NCBI RefSeq assembly: GCF_036321535.1
Contig: NC_087436.1
Location: 31,250,001-31,314,000 of the forward strand
Reading direction: 5' to 3'
Origin: Camelus dromedarius
Lineage: Eukaryota
Length of the DNA: 64,000 bases
Positions 52,101 to 64,000 of this stretch are shown here, piece by piece (the first letter of the stretch is position 1; each line of letters starts with the position of its first letter). The position numbers were made by a program, and so were the translations under genes. The notes beneath the pieces are model-generated. The model was not told the DNA's origin. It saw only the letters and a list, made by a program, of their open reading frames with translations, and did not search any database.

Positions 52101-52359
52101 TTAGAAAAGGAATAAAAGGTTCATTTTCAGCTGACTGAATTTAACAAGATGACCACTTCCTTAATGAGCTTGCAAGCATGTACCCTTGAAAAGGTAGATC
52201 TACACTCTACAGAAATGTCTCCAACTGCATGCCTGGAAGAATGGAGTCTTTACTTTGATCTATAGACTGAACAGCTATAATAATATCTATGTGCATAAAA
52301 CTGGGGAAAAAGCAAAAGCATTTCTCAATAACAAGAACCATTGGTCTTCAATAAATAAT

Positions 52360-52530
52360 ACCCTACCCTGTGCAGCATTTTAAGACTTATGTATATATTA
52401 CATTTAATCCCAGAACAATCCATTTTGCAGATGATTAAATAGAGACCCAAAGAGATACACTGGTCTGCCCTAGTAACATGATTACCAAGCAACTGAATGG
52501 GGATTCCAGTTCTAAGTCTGGAGCTCTTAC
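52360..52530 (-). mobile_element. MIR fragment
   Basis: catttaatcccagaacaatccattttgcagatg…ggggattccagttctaagtctg. Confidence 0.65.
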
Positions 52531-53459
52531 ACTGTGTTGCATTTGCTTTGTTTGCCTTTTATAAATGTTTGTTGAGAGCTCCAATTTAAGTACAAGACAT
52601 TGGCTCTGATCACTATTATTTCCAGGGAGTGGAAAGTAATAATTATTTCTGCTGACAAGATAGCACAATCTGCCTAAGGATGGAAGGATATTAAATTTAA
52701 TTTTAGAGGCCAGGCAAGTTCAGCAGGATTTAGAAGAAATGATCCCAGTTCAGTACACACAAAACTGGCCTCAGAGCTGAGAACTAATGCCAATCTTTTG
52801 ATCTGGTGCATTGTGACATCCATTTACCAGGCCTGGCAAATTTGGGCTCACCAACCAGTAGAGCTGACTGTGCACGTGCCTGGGAAGGCGGAAGCTGACC
52901 ACCCCCAGCTATGCACATGGGTCTGTTGATGGGGCACAGACCCTCTAGTTTGGTGGTGTCCGCACAAAGTGGGTGCATAGAAGGTGTCTTACAGTGAAGA
53001 GAAGGATGTCTCTTCACATAGTAAACTTACTTCCTCCGTGGGTAGAGTATCATCAAACATACCCAGACAAAAAGGCTATCATTTGTACACTACTTATGCT
53101 TTCCAATTTTCTCAACTCTTCCCTTTGCCCTTTGCCAGTAATTAAAACTCCACACTGGCTCACACTTAACAGTTACAGCCCCCACACTTGATTAATATTA
53201 AGCCTCCATTTCTGTTACTTCCTCTCATCTAGAGCTTAAACCCACTCTTTAACTCTCCAGCTTTGATACCATATCATTAGCCTGCAGACACGCAGCGGTT
53301 GGACCAAGTTTGTATTATAAATAGGGTGTTTTTATAAAGACTGTCCCCTACAGAAGGTCAAAGTAGTTGCAAAATTAACATCACCATGGTCGCAATGAGC
53401 CACATAGCTAAGATTATCACAGTGTTAGTAGAAATAGGTCAGCCACACATAAATGTGTG

Positions 53460-54050
53460 AATTCTCTCTCCTCTGAACTCACTTAGCATTTTATTTTTAT
53501 TCCTCATACGGTACTTAACGACTTTCTACCTTGTATGATAATTATTTGCATGTGGGTTTTATCTCTCTTATACTATTATAAGATCACAAAATTCTTTCTG
53601 TTCCTCACAGCACTTAACACAGAGCCGTGCACGTAGTAGGCACTCGTTAAATGTTATTTAGCACAGGTAAGGAAAACACTGATGTTTAAAACCTACTTTT
53701 AGAAAAAGTATGTGACTATTGAACTGAACTTCCTTAGAACATTTGGTCTCTTCTGTTGCCGTGTTCTCTCCCCAGGAGAAGCCACAGTCACACACGCACC
53801 CCTACGCTCACTGCGCCGGCCACACTGAATTACTTGTGCCTCTGTGGTGTCCTTTACCTCCAGCTCTCCTGCTTCTCACTGAGAGTCACTCCTTCCTTTT
53901 ACCCAACATTTTTACTTACTGTTAAACTGACTCCTACTTCAAGTCTCAAGTTAATGATCCTTCCTTCTGGAAGCTCTCCCTAACCCCTTAAAACCATCCC
54001 ACTGTATCTTGTTGCTTCCTCCATCATAGCACATATCACACTTAATTTCC
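53460..54050 (+). mobile_element. LINE-2 3' fragments
   Basis: cacagcacttaacacagagccgtgcacgtagtaggcactc…; cctacttcaagtctcaagtt…ccttccttctggaagctctcccta. Confidence 0.65.
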
Positions 54051-54459
54051 TCTGCACTGGCAAAGGGGTAGATGAGAATGGTTCTGTGAGATCAGGGCGA
54101 CAGCTAAGTCCTTTTCTAAGGAAATGAGGCCAACCAGACCCATCCTAGCAACAGGCTCTCAGTACTCTATGTGAATGACCTCTTTATGAACGGGTAGGCA
54201 TTGCAGTTTATGTGATTCACAGGGTCAGCAGCCCAGCCAACGTGAACAATCCTATGGGACATGTTCTATTAACATGAATAAAAGAGCATAGGTTTTACAC
54301 ATAAGCCTTTGATGACATCTTTTCAGTCTAAAATAAATAGAATCCCCTAAGATATTTAATAGCTTAACTGGTAATTTACTATATTATTCCTTTTCAGTAA
54401 CGACCTGTCTTTATGCTGAAACTGGCAGAAGACCATCATAATTTCTTTCTGAGGTAAGG

Positions 54460-54930
54460 AAAAGAGTAGAAGTTTGGACTAAGCTGCACAAAGGAGGTGA
54501 TTGATGTGTTTGGTTGAGTTGGGTTTAACCAAATGAAGAGGAGGAAGCTCATTTAAGACAGAGCAAAAAGCATGAACACAATTCCAGAGACATGACAGTG
54601 TGTGTGTACATGACTAGAAAGTTATTGTTTATTAGTTAAGTTCAGAGTGCGGAAGGTAGATGTAGGAGAAGCCGAGTGCATGCAGGGGGTGAAGTCAAAA
54701 CAGATACGTTGATTTAAGATTATAAATAGCCTTGAACACTGAGCAAAGGGATTTCAACTTAATTCTGTAATTTGGAAGCTGTCATCTCAGGTTTCCAAGC
54801 AAGAAGACATACACCCAACTGTGACTTAGAGGAACAATTTTAAAGACAAGCTAATGAATGGAGAGAGAGAAAAGAAAGGCTGGAGGCAAGAAGATCTAGT
54901 TGGGATGCCATTTCTATGATGTGAATAACC
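54460..54930 (-). mobile_element. LINE-2 fragment
   Basis: …gccttgaacactgagcaaagggatttcaacttaattctgta…ctggaggcaagaagatctagttgggatgcc. Confidence 0.6.
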
Positions 54931-56499
54931 AGTTTCAGTAATTTAAGAACTGCATATCTGTAAAGTTCAATATAAATGTTAATTTAAAACTATTATCTCA
55001 ATACGATTGAATTCAATAACCTTTAAGGCAGCAGATATTGAGGTGGTTTTTTGTTACTTAGCTTCAAGTAATTCAGGTAAAATTAATGTATAATTTGAGC
55101 ATAATGACCAAATCCACTAATGAGCTGATTGCAGGCTTTATGTTCCCAACCTTAAGGATATGGAGTACAGCTGCAACTGAAGGAAAAGACCAAAACAATG
55201 TTGGACCTGCTGGGATGCGGTGCAGATGGTAATTCACAGAAATAAAGGGTTTTTTCCTCAAATATATAAAAAGCCATGTTTATTACTCAAAATTGGGATC
55301 TAATTGAAATTTACACGTGACAGTTTAATGTTGTTATTGAGATGGAGTTCATGGTCAAAGTAAAAATTTCTTACCATTGAAAAGGATACAAGTTATAATA
55401 CTTCTTTTTAAATCAGTTATACCATTTGCAGCTTGTATTTAACCAAATTAAATTTGTTTCAGAATCTCAAAAGAAACTTTGATGTGTTTAAATCCATGAG
55501 ACACTCTGTGGTGCAGGACAGCTTCTCCTGTTCTACCTGCTACCACTGCATGAGCATGGCTGTGGTGCCAGACGGGCACTATGTATGGTACAGCAGCTCA
55601 AACTATGTCAAAAAGAGCTCAATTTTGACTAAGTAATTTCCAGTCTGCAATTCCTAGGACTTTAGCTGGATGTGAGAACATTTTTTCTGTTTGAGACTAT
55701 TATGTTGACAGCAGCCATCCCTGCCTGCCTTCTTTTTCCCTTACCTCAAAGTAGATGTTAATGGGCATCTAGACCTCCCATCCAAACATGAAGAAAGGGG
55801 TCATTGAATGCATGGACTAGAAAACCTATGGGCCAGCTTTCTAAGCTTATTTGCTATTACAGTAGTCTCTGTTGATTTTTAAATAAATGTTACCAAGTTT
55901 CTCTGGTTGTGGATCCATTTGAATACAATATGTATTAATCTTAAACTTTCTGATTCTCAATAAAAAATTGGGACACCTTCCATGGTAAATGACTCTTAAA
56001 CCTGTCTCTTGGTCTGAATGGATAAAGGCAAAGAGCCCACAAACAGAAGTAAGTCATTTTTTCCCCTATAACATCATAGTAGGATGGAAAATTACTCATC
56101 TTAGTAATTATTCATTCCTGATCGGAGAAGGTAAAGAAATCTGTCACTGAGGTATGCCACCCACATTTCAGATGACTTTGTTGTTAAAGACAATACATCA
56201 ATGCAAACTTATTTCAATGGATGACAGGTCATAGTTGACTAAAGATGCATCTCCTTGATGGTTTTTCCTGAATGAATTAAGCCCACATGTCATATTTTGC
56301 CTTAATATTCTCTACAGTTTTGGATTGTAAAAACCATGCCTTAGTGAAATCTGCTCTTTATATCCACCATAGGTATCCAAGTCATCATTCCATCATCACT
56401 CTCAGGACCAAGGGGTGGCATTTCTAAGGCAGTACCAGCTGCAACCATAGCCCATTTATGAGTCACAGTAGTAAATAATATAGTGACTATATTAAACAT

Positions 56500-56995
56500 A
56501 AATTAGTTAATACTTACTGACTGGCTCCTATGAGCCAGGCATTGCTGTAGATGTTGAGGAATGTGGCAGTGTGAATAGAATAAGGTCCCTGGACTGATGG
56601 TTTATATCATATAACCTCAGCTAATGAATGATAAGGACTATGAGGAAACAAAAGCTATGTGAGCATGCTATTTTAAATAAAGTGATCAGGAAAGCCTCTT
56701 CTAGGAGGTGACAGTTGGTAAGAGACATGAGGTAATAAACATTTGGAAGAGAAGTGTTCCAAGAAGAGGGAATAACAAGTGCAGAGACTCTGAGACAGAA
56801 TCACATTCCAAGCACTCAGGGAACAGCAATGGGACTAACAGAGCCTTAGAAGAATGTCCAAGGAAGCGTGATAAGAAATGAGATTGGAGAAGTCAGGGAT
56901 ATGACTGTGTTTGGTGGTGTAGTGTGGTGAAGACTGGATTCACAGTGTGACAGGAAGCCATGAGATTTTGAGCAAGAAAGTGATATTATATACTC
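56500..56995 (-). mobile_element. LINE-2 (L2a-like) 3' fragment
   Basis: aatacttactgactggctccctatgagccaggcattg…gatcaggaaagcctcttctaggaggtgaca…caggaagccatgagattttgagcaag. Confidence 0.7.
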
Positions 56996-59900
56996 CTTAA
57001 ATCTATCCATAAAAACTCAATTCAGCAGGCTTTTCTACCCATTAACATGAAAATGGCCAGTCCCACTTTCAAGGGTTCAAAAGATACCTCTACAGGAGAA
57101 AAGCGTTATAAATAAATTTTTTTCCCTCCCTTCTCCATTTGTGAAGCTGGGCACATATCAAAATCAAAGTTAAGGTGGCAGAACTCGCCAATTCATAATA
57201 ACAAGAAAGAGACAGAGCCATTACTTGATTCATACCTGGGGATCTGCTGGGAAGTAGGCAATGTTGCAGTATGTGTGTTCTGACTGTCTTGCAGACATTC
57301 AATCATTGTAATCTAAGCTTGTTCCCCGTGCCCCTAAGCTCATTTGTGGATAAATCAGGTAACTTTGAGTCATAGACAACCAATACCACAAGAAGACTGG
57401 AACAACAGAGGAGAGCGGTTACAGGAACTAAATGGGTTTCCAACCCACCCTGAAAAGCCACATGGGGAGCCCTTGGCCCTGAGATTGAAAGACTCTTAGA
57501 CTCTAAGGAACCAGGGAGGATTCTAAAGAACGGAAGGGTCATTCTGGAATTCCCACGTAAACCGCACTTCCCCGACCCCAGTGAACAATGGGTTATAGGA
57601 TCATTTGTCTGATTTCCCTGTGTGTGCTTGACTGGTCAGCATAAGATGTGTAATAATCTTTTGTCCTACCTTTCCCTTCCACCATTCTACTCACAGTTCT
57701 GAGCTTATACTTAAAACTGAGAACTTTTTACTTTTTTTCCTCCCTAGATTAAAAAAAAAAAATCTAAGAAACCTGAGTGAAAATGTTTCCTGGAGCTAAG
57801 TAGGGTCATACTGAGAAATTGATCAGGGTGGTGAGCCATAGTTGATTGAATGAGGGATCTTCATTTGCTTTAACTAATGAAGCTAGACTTCTTGGAAGAC
57901 GGTTTGTGCCTATAAAGAGGGAGAAATCACTCATGTTAGATAAATAAAGAGCAAAGAAGACACTGAGTGCAAATGTAAGGAATCAGACAAAGGGAACAAA
58001 AAGAAGAGGTTTGTTTCTTGAAAGAACAAGCGGATCATCCGGAGATATAATGCAGACAATGCAAACCATGCAGACTAGATGAGGGTTATAAAGGAAAGAA
58101 ATAGTTTAATACTAAGAGCAAAATTTGGGAAGGTTTTTAGAGATGAGAATAGCCTGGTTGCATCAGTGAACGCCGTTTAGACAAGTTTTAGAAATCACTT
58201 TGTCAGCAAAGTGATTTTACCTCTTTCCAAAGAAGCAATGCATAAAAGGAAATAGTGGACTCTTGCTGAGGTAAATTGTCACCTAGCTCCAGGATCCAGG
58301 CTGAGAAAATGTAATGAAAATCAAACGTATTTAGAGGCAAAAATATACTGTATTATTTTCTAAAGTGGGCCAAGACTATATAACACAAATTCAGTAGAAA
58401 ATTCTGAAATGTTCTAAGAACTCTCCAAGGAGCCCAGTGGTCTCGCTCAGAGGATCACTATGCCTTTGGGAGAATCGTACAATTGTACAAAGAGTACAAT
58501 TACTGGACTTACTCAAGGCAAACTCTGAGGCAGTTTTTCCAGCCACGTGGATGCATTCTCCAGCAGAACAAGGCACTGCTCCCATTTGAAGGGAATCTCA
58601 AAGGCTTCCTGCTCTTCAGTTTCATGGGTAATTGGGACAGGGCCTCTGTGGTGACCTGCGGTGACATTCTTACTCCCCTATATTTGAGGCTGGAGCTACT
58701 TCATAACTAGGCTTTTAAGAAGCCAGTCAAGAGTTTCTCTTCATCTTTCAGGTTTTGCTGCCACCACGTGTGAGCTGATGCCAGTTATTTGAGAGTAGAA
58801 ACTGGGTGGTTTCTGTACCCCAAGACTGGGTAACCTAGTTTAAGGAATAAAATAAATAAAAAATTGCATACTTATATAAAACATACTCTTAAAATAATTA
58901 AATAAATAAAAACTAATTAAAAATCAGAAATAGACAAATAAATATTTGTTCCATGGAGCAAAGATTATAAAACAATAGTCAGGTCATCCTTCCATTAAAC
59001 TCTGCTCATGTCTATGTATCATCCCAGGACCATACGGACCATGTCACTTCCTTCAACGTTCTTATTGGTAACACCACTGGCTTCAATAATGCTGATATTC
59101 AAATGTCCTCTTTTCAAGTGGAAATCAAGAATTTTTTCCACTCAAGTTTCCAGTATCTTGATTTGTCGCCTTCAGGAAATCACTATCTTCCTGTCTCCTT
59201 TTTTACCATATGTAAAACAAAATTCATAAATCTGGCTAAAGTCAAAGTGCTCTGACAAGGATTGATGACAAAAATCTCTGCAGAACATTTCCCCATATAA
59301 ATTATTATGTAAATTCTTGAAAGTGTACCTTTATGTAAATAAATATGTGGAAAGGAGATATGGATTTATCGACTTTCTTTCATTATTTATTTATGGAGCA
59401 TCCAAAATTAGATAAGTTTGATGAATTTAGTGTTCCTGTTCCCTAAACATACGCTATAAAATTGGGTGATTTGGCGGTAAAACACTATGCATGAATTTTT
59501 CAGTGTAATTTTTTTAAGCTACCAGTGGTTACATATCAGGATTCTTTCTTTTTCCCACTACATGAGTCTGCCTCACTCTGAGTTGAATATTTGTTTCAAA
59601 ATTACATGACCTGCCTAATATATAAAATTCATGATTTATAAAACCTTATGTTAACAGTGCATATGGAGTGAGTACAAATATAATTATAAATGTAATTTTA
59701 ATTCTATTCTCTTTACTGGGATACAGTATATGTGAGTAATCTATTCCAAAACCAAAGATCAGCCCAAATCCCTTCTACCAACTCAGTTCCTGTACTCTAA
59801 GTATTTATTTAATGTCATTGTTCAGTAAGGGACCTAGAGACCTTTCACTCTAGGTGGAAGGAAAATGCAAATCTGTTAGTTATTTGCTAAGGTTCCTAAG

Positions 59901-60689
59901 GACACTGAAAACACACAGGCATTTGCAACTGTGAATTTCCCAGCAAATATAAAATCTTTGTCTTTCAGAGTATTTACTTAACTGAACAAAGTTTACACAG
60001 CCTGAGAGGATTAACATTAACAATAATACAAAATTAAACCTTTGACATTCCTCCAGTTCATTTCTATGGTTATTTCCTCTTTTCCCACATCAATTTCTCC
60101 AACTTGATCATAAAAAATGGAGTGGGGATCATACAGTGTTTGCCGAAACCTTCTGGGCATTAATGATTAGAGTGAACATTTGTTTTCCCTGCATTCATTT
60201 CTTCAGGAACATTATTTAGTATCAAAAATGAAACAGGTATTGTGTCACATATTTAAAAGACAATGATAAATTTAAAAAAAAACACTATTTCAGCTTTTAA
60301 GATTTTACAGTTTGTAAGAAAGTGGGAAAGATAAATAGATAAGCTATGAATTGCAAATGTAATACTATACATGTTATGCAAGTGTCATGGGAATACATGG
60401 GAGTATGAAGAAAAGAACTATCGTCTTTAATGGAGAAAGTCTAAAAAGATTTCCTGAAGGAGATGTAATCTGAACTGGCTTTAAAGCATCAGTAGACATT
60501 TGGTGATCTGGACTGAAAAAATACTCTAAGCCGACAGAGCAACTTATACCAAAAAAAAAAAAAAAAAGGATGAAAGTATTTGATTTGCCTGAAGTCAAGA
60601 AGTAATGGAGAAATGAATGGAGTAGCAGGAAATGAAGCTATAAATATTTTTGTGGTATCAAGATTACTAAGTTATGGCTCACAGGTATA

Positions 60690-60990
60690 GATGCAGCATA
60701 ATTGATTTAAGCATTTCCGTACTGATCGAGCATTTAGATTATTTCCAATTTTCCCCAAACATTAAGCTGTGAACCCCTTTCTGCACATATTTTTACCACG
60801 TCTCTAGCTAGTTTTTAAAGATCAGAAATGAAATTAGTGAAGTAAATAGTATACCTCTTTAATGTATCTTGCAGCATTTGCCATATTTACTTCTAGAAAA
60901 ATGCCAATTTATCAGAAGCATGCGAGAGTATGTTTCACCATTCCCTTTGCCAGAAAGAAGTATCATCATTTTTAAAAATATTTGCCAGTT
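60690..60990 (-). mobile_element. Old L1 (L1ME-like) fragment
   Basis: gagcatttagattatttccaatttt…tttctgcacatatt…tttgccagttgcatgagtggagaatgg. Confidence 0.5.
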
Positions 60991-61229
60991 GCATGAGTGG
61001 AGAATGGAATCAGATCTTAGAGCATTATGAATATAAGGGTTAGGAGTTTGGATTTAATTCTGAAGTTAATGAGAAACCCTTTGAAGATTTTTGATCGAGG
61101 AAGAAAAACAGCTAGATTAGCCCTTTAAGAAGATTAATTTTGGCAGCAAGGTATAGGGTAAGAAGGGATTGGGTTTGCCTGAGAATACACACAGCTGTGA
61201 AAGCAGAGAGGCTGCTGTAACGGTCTGGG

Positions 61230-61426
61230 CAGCACTGTCCAACAGAACTTTCAGCCATGATGGCAATGTTTTATCAATATGGCAGCCACTAGCCACACGT
61301 CCCTTTTAAGAACTTAAAAGGTAGCATTGTATAACTTATAAACTAAATTCTAATTCCATTTAATGTTATTGAATTTAAATTTAAATAGTCACATATGGCT
61401 AATTACTGTTCTATAGGACAGCACAG
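61230..61426. mobile_element. hAT-Charlie MITE MER3, inserted in L2 remnants
   Basis: cagcactgtccaacagaacttt…gcagccactagccaca…aatttaaatttaaatagtcacatatggcta…ggacagcacag. Confidence 0.85.
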
Positions 61427-62179
61427 ACTCAAGATAGAAAAAGACATCAAGATAGAGAAAAAAGGAAAAACAGATTGAACGAACAAATTCAGTGACTTTG
61501 TATTTGGATGTGTAAAATGAGGGAGAGGGAGACTCTTATTTGATACCAAGATTTAGAATTGAAAGGAAATGAAATATGGTCATGCCACTTATAGAGACTA
61601 CAATAGAGAAAAAAAAAAAAAGGTCTCAGAGGAGGTCAGTCTCTCCCTCTCTCTCTCTCTATAGACAGCTCCTAAACTTGTCAACAGGACATTGGAAATG
61701 ACAAAAAGATTTAAACAGACCAGGAACCATGGTTTCATGCTTTTCCTAGCTGTATGGATCTATATAAAAATGTGATAAGCTGTTGGAGCTTAATCTATAT
61801 AACAAACCTACAAATACAAGCCAGTACTTCACTGTCAGAAACTCTGTTGAAGAAAACTGTCCTTAACACCATGGAAAGCTAACTGAATTTCAAAAGTAAG
61901 ACTGGTTCAGTATCCTGCCCCCACAACTTAAAGGCAATATCCATCTGTGAGACACTGCAGGTCAAAATGTAACAGTAACTATATTAATAAAAACCTAAGT
62001 GTAAGTGTAACATAAAAGAACAAAATTAATGAGGGTTGCAGACCCAGCCAAACAAGCAAATGTTGCATACATAAAATAAAGCAAAATACCAGCCTTGGGG
62101 TATTAGTTAAATCTATATTGACAGATAAACTATGAAGAGGAGGGAAAGGAAGGAACCCTTTCTTTATCCATCTTTGCAT

Positions 62180-62440
62180 AACTGATCCTTTTTCAACTTT
62201 AAAGTCTCAGCTTAAATTCAGCTCCTCAGAGAGAACTGTAAACCCCTCTCCCAATATATCATTTCCAATTCTGTTGTTTTCATTTACAACACTTGTCACA
62301 TTATTTATTGATTTGTTTATTAATCGCCTGTCTCCATAAATGCTAAGATCCTTAAGAGTCTACTTTATTCACTGATGTCTACCAGCATCTAGAGCAGTGT
62401 CTGTTATATAGAGATGCTCAGTAAATATTGTTGGATGGAA
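62180..62440 (+). mobile_element. LINE-2 3' end
   Basis: aagtctcagcttaaattca…tttattcactgatgtctaccagcatctagagcagtgtctg…gatgctcagtaaatattgttggatg. Confidence 0.7.
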
Positions 62441-62850
62441 AAGAGAATCTTATTCACTTAGATGACGAAGTGACCTTCCATTCACAGTATAAAAGACACT
62501 AGGTATCTTTTACACAATAAATAGAAGATCCACTAGACTAAGAAGAAAATTCCATCAAGGTCAAAGTGAACCTGCTGAAGTCAGTTGACCAAATGAATTC
62601 TCACCAACCAAGACTTGCACATTCAATAAAATCAGCTCATAATTCAGTATCTGGCACATCATTCAACCAGGAAAACTTCATCTCTCCTCCAGTAAAAACC
62701 TTATTGATAAGAGAGATCTTTAACTCAGCAAAAGCAGATGAGCTTATGGGATATCTATTACAGGACCATCATTCCAACATAAACCAAATCCTTACATTGC
62801 CACTTATCAATCTTAAAGAACAATAGCTGATCAAGAGTATATGGTAAGCA

Positions 62851-64000
62851 TAAAGGCAATCTACAGATTTGATGTGATCCCGATCAAATTACCCATGACA
62901 TATGGATCAATGGAACAGAACACAAAGCCCAGAAATAAACCCACAGATCTACGGTCGATTAATCTTTGACAAAGGAGTCGAGAATATACAATGGAGAAAA
63001 GACAGTCCCTTCAGCAAGCAGTGCTGGGAAAACTGGACAGCAGCATGTAAATCAATGAAGTTACAACAATCCTTCACACCACACGCACAAAATAAACTCA
63101 AAATGGCTTAAAGACTTAAAGATAAGACAAGACACAGTAAACCTCCTAGAAGAAAACATAGGTAAAACATTCTCTGACAGAAATCTTAGCAATGTTCCCC
63201 TAGGGCAATCTACCAAGACAATAGAAATAAAAGCAAAAATTAACAAATGGGACCTAATTAATCTTATAAACTCTTGCACAGCAATGGAAACCATAGCAAA
63301 ACAAAACGACAACCAATGGAATGGGAGAAAATATTTGCAAATGATGTGACTGACAAAGGTTTAATTTCCAGAATATATAAACAGCTCACACAACTTAATA
63401 ACAAAAAAACAAATAACCCAATCCAAAAATGGGCAGAAGACATAAACAAGCAATACTTCAATGAAGACATACAAATAGCCAATAGGTACCTGAAAAAATG
63501 CTCAGTATCACTAATTATCAGAGAAATGCAAATCAAAACTACAATGAGGTATCACCTCACACCAGTCAGAATGGCCATCATTAAAAAGTCTGAATGATAA
63601 ATGCTGGAGAGGGTGTGGAGAAAAGGAAACCCTCCCACATTGCTGTTGGGAATGTAGTTTGGTGCAGCAATTATGGAAAACAGTACGGAGATTTGTCAAA
63701 AAACTAAAAATAGATTTACCATATGATCCAGCAATCCCACTCCTGGATATATATCCAGAGGGAACTCTAATTTAAAAAGATACATGCACCCCAATGCTCA
63801 TAACGGCACTGTATACAATAGCCAAGACATGGAAACAACCTAAATGTCCATCAATAGATGACCAGATAAAGAAGTTGTGGTATATTTATACAATGGAAAA
63901 CTACTCAGACATTAAAAAAGAATAAAATAATGCCATTCGCAGCAACATGGAGGGACCTAGAGATCATAATTCTAAGTAACCCAGAAAGAAAAAAAAATAC
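62851..64000 (+). mobile_element. Young L1, 3' part of ORF2 (disrupted), runs off the window
   Basis: ORF fragments [25 protein letters not shown]… and …[23 protein letters not shown]…[23 protein letters not shown] are L1 ORF2p C-terminal sequence; frameshifts present. Confidence 0.95.

Noticed and set aside
35029..57081. Identical 16-mer tttcaagggttcaaaa at ~35.03 kb and ~57.07 kb
   Set aside because: About one such match is expected by chance in 64 kb of AT-rich DNA; no flanking similarity
62902..63699. ORFs of 62-107 aa on both strands
   Set aside because: Fragments of disrupted L1 ORF2 and its antisense; not host genes
1..64000. CRISPR arrays, tRNA/rRNA/snRNA genes, NUMTs, processed pseudogenes or prokaryote-like operons
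   Set aside because: None recognised by eye; the sequence is typical mammalian non-coding DNA. tRNAscan-SE, Infernal/Rfam and BLASTX would be needed to exclude diverged copies.

Overview
AT-rich, CpG-depleted eutherian genomic DNA, intronic or intergenic. The young L1 3' ends (...TGTGCTCTACACTGGAATTTGACACAA...), an artiodactyl-type Tigger2a MITE and the absence of recognisable Alu/Bov/PRE/CHR-2/SINEC SINEs suggest a camelid (inference). I cannot recognise any protein-coding gene. The ORF track is explained by chance, simple repeats or L1 ORF2 debris. Much of the window is transposon-derived: L2, L3/CR1, MIR, L1MC/L1MA and young L1, MaLR and ERVL LTRs, a degenerate ERVL provirus (LTR-PBS-gag-pro-RT), an ERV1-type solo LTR, hAT/Tigger MITEs and a near-complete piggyBac (Looper-like) fossil. 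The main candidate functional element is a ~250-bp CpG micro-island promoter at ~48.9-49.2 kb inside a ~9-kb repeat-poor zone. Several good splice-donor sites on the minus strand could be alternative first exons of an unidentified large gene. The best-supported unusual item is an L1 insertion carrying an apparent 3' transduction (21.7-22.3 kb). I found no evidence for a new multi-gene system. Repeat family names come from recalled consensus sequences and need confirmation with RepeatMasker/Dfam.
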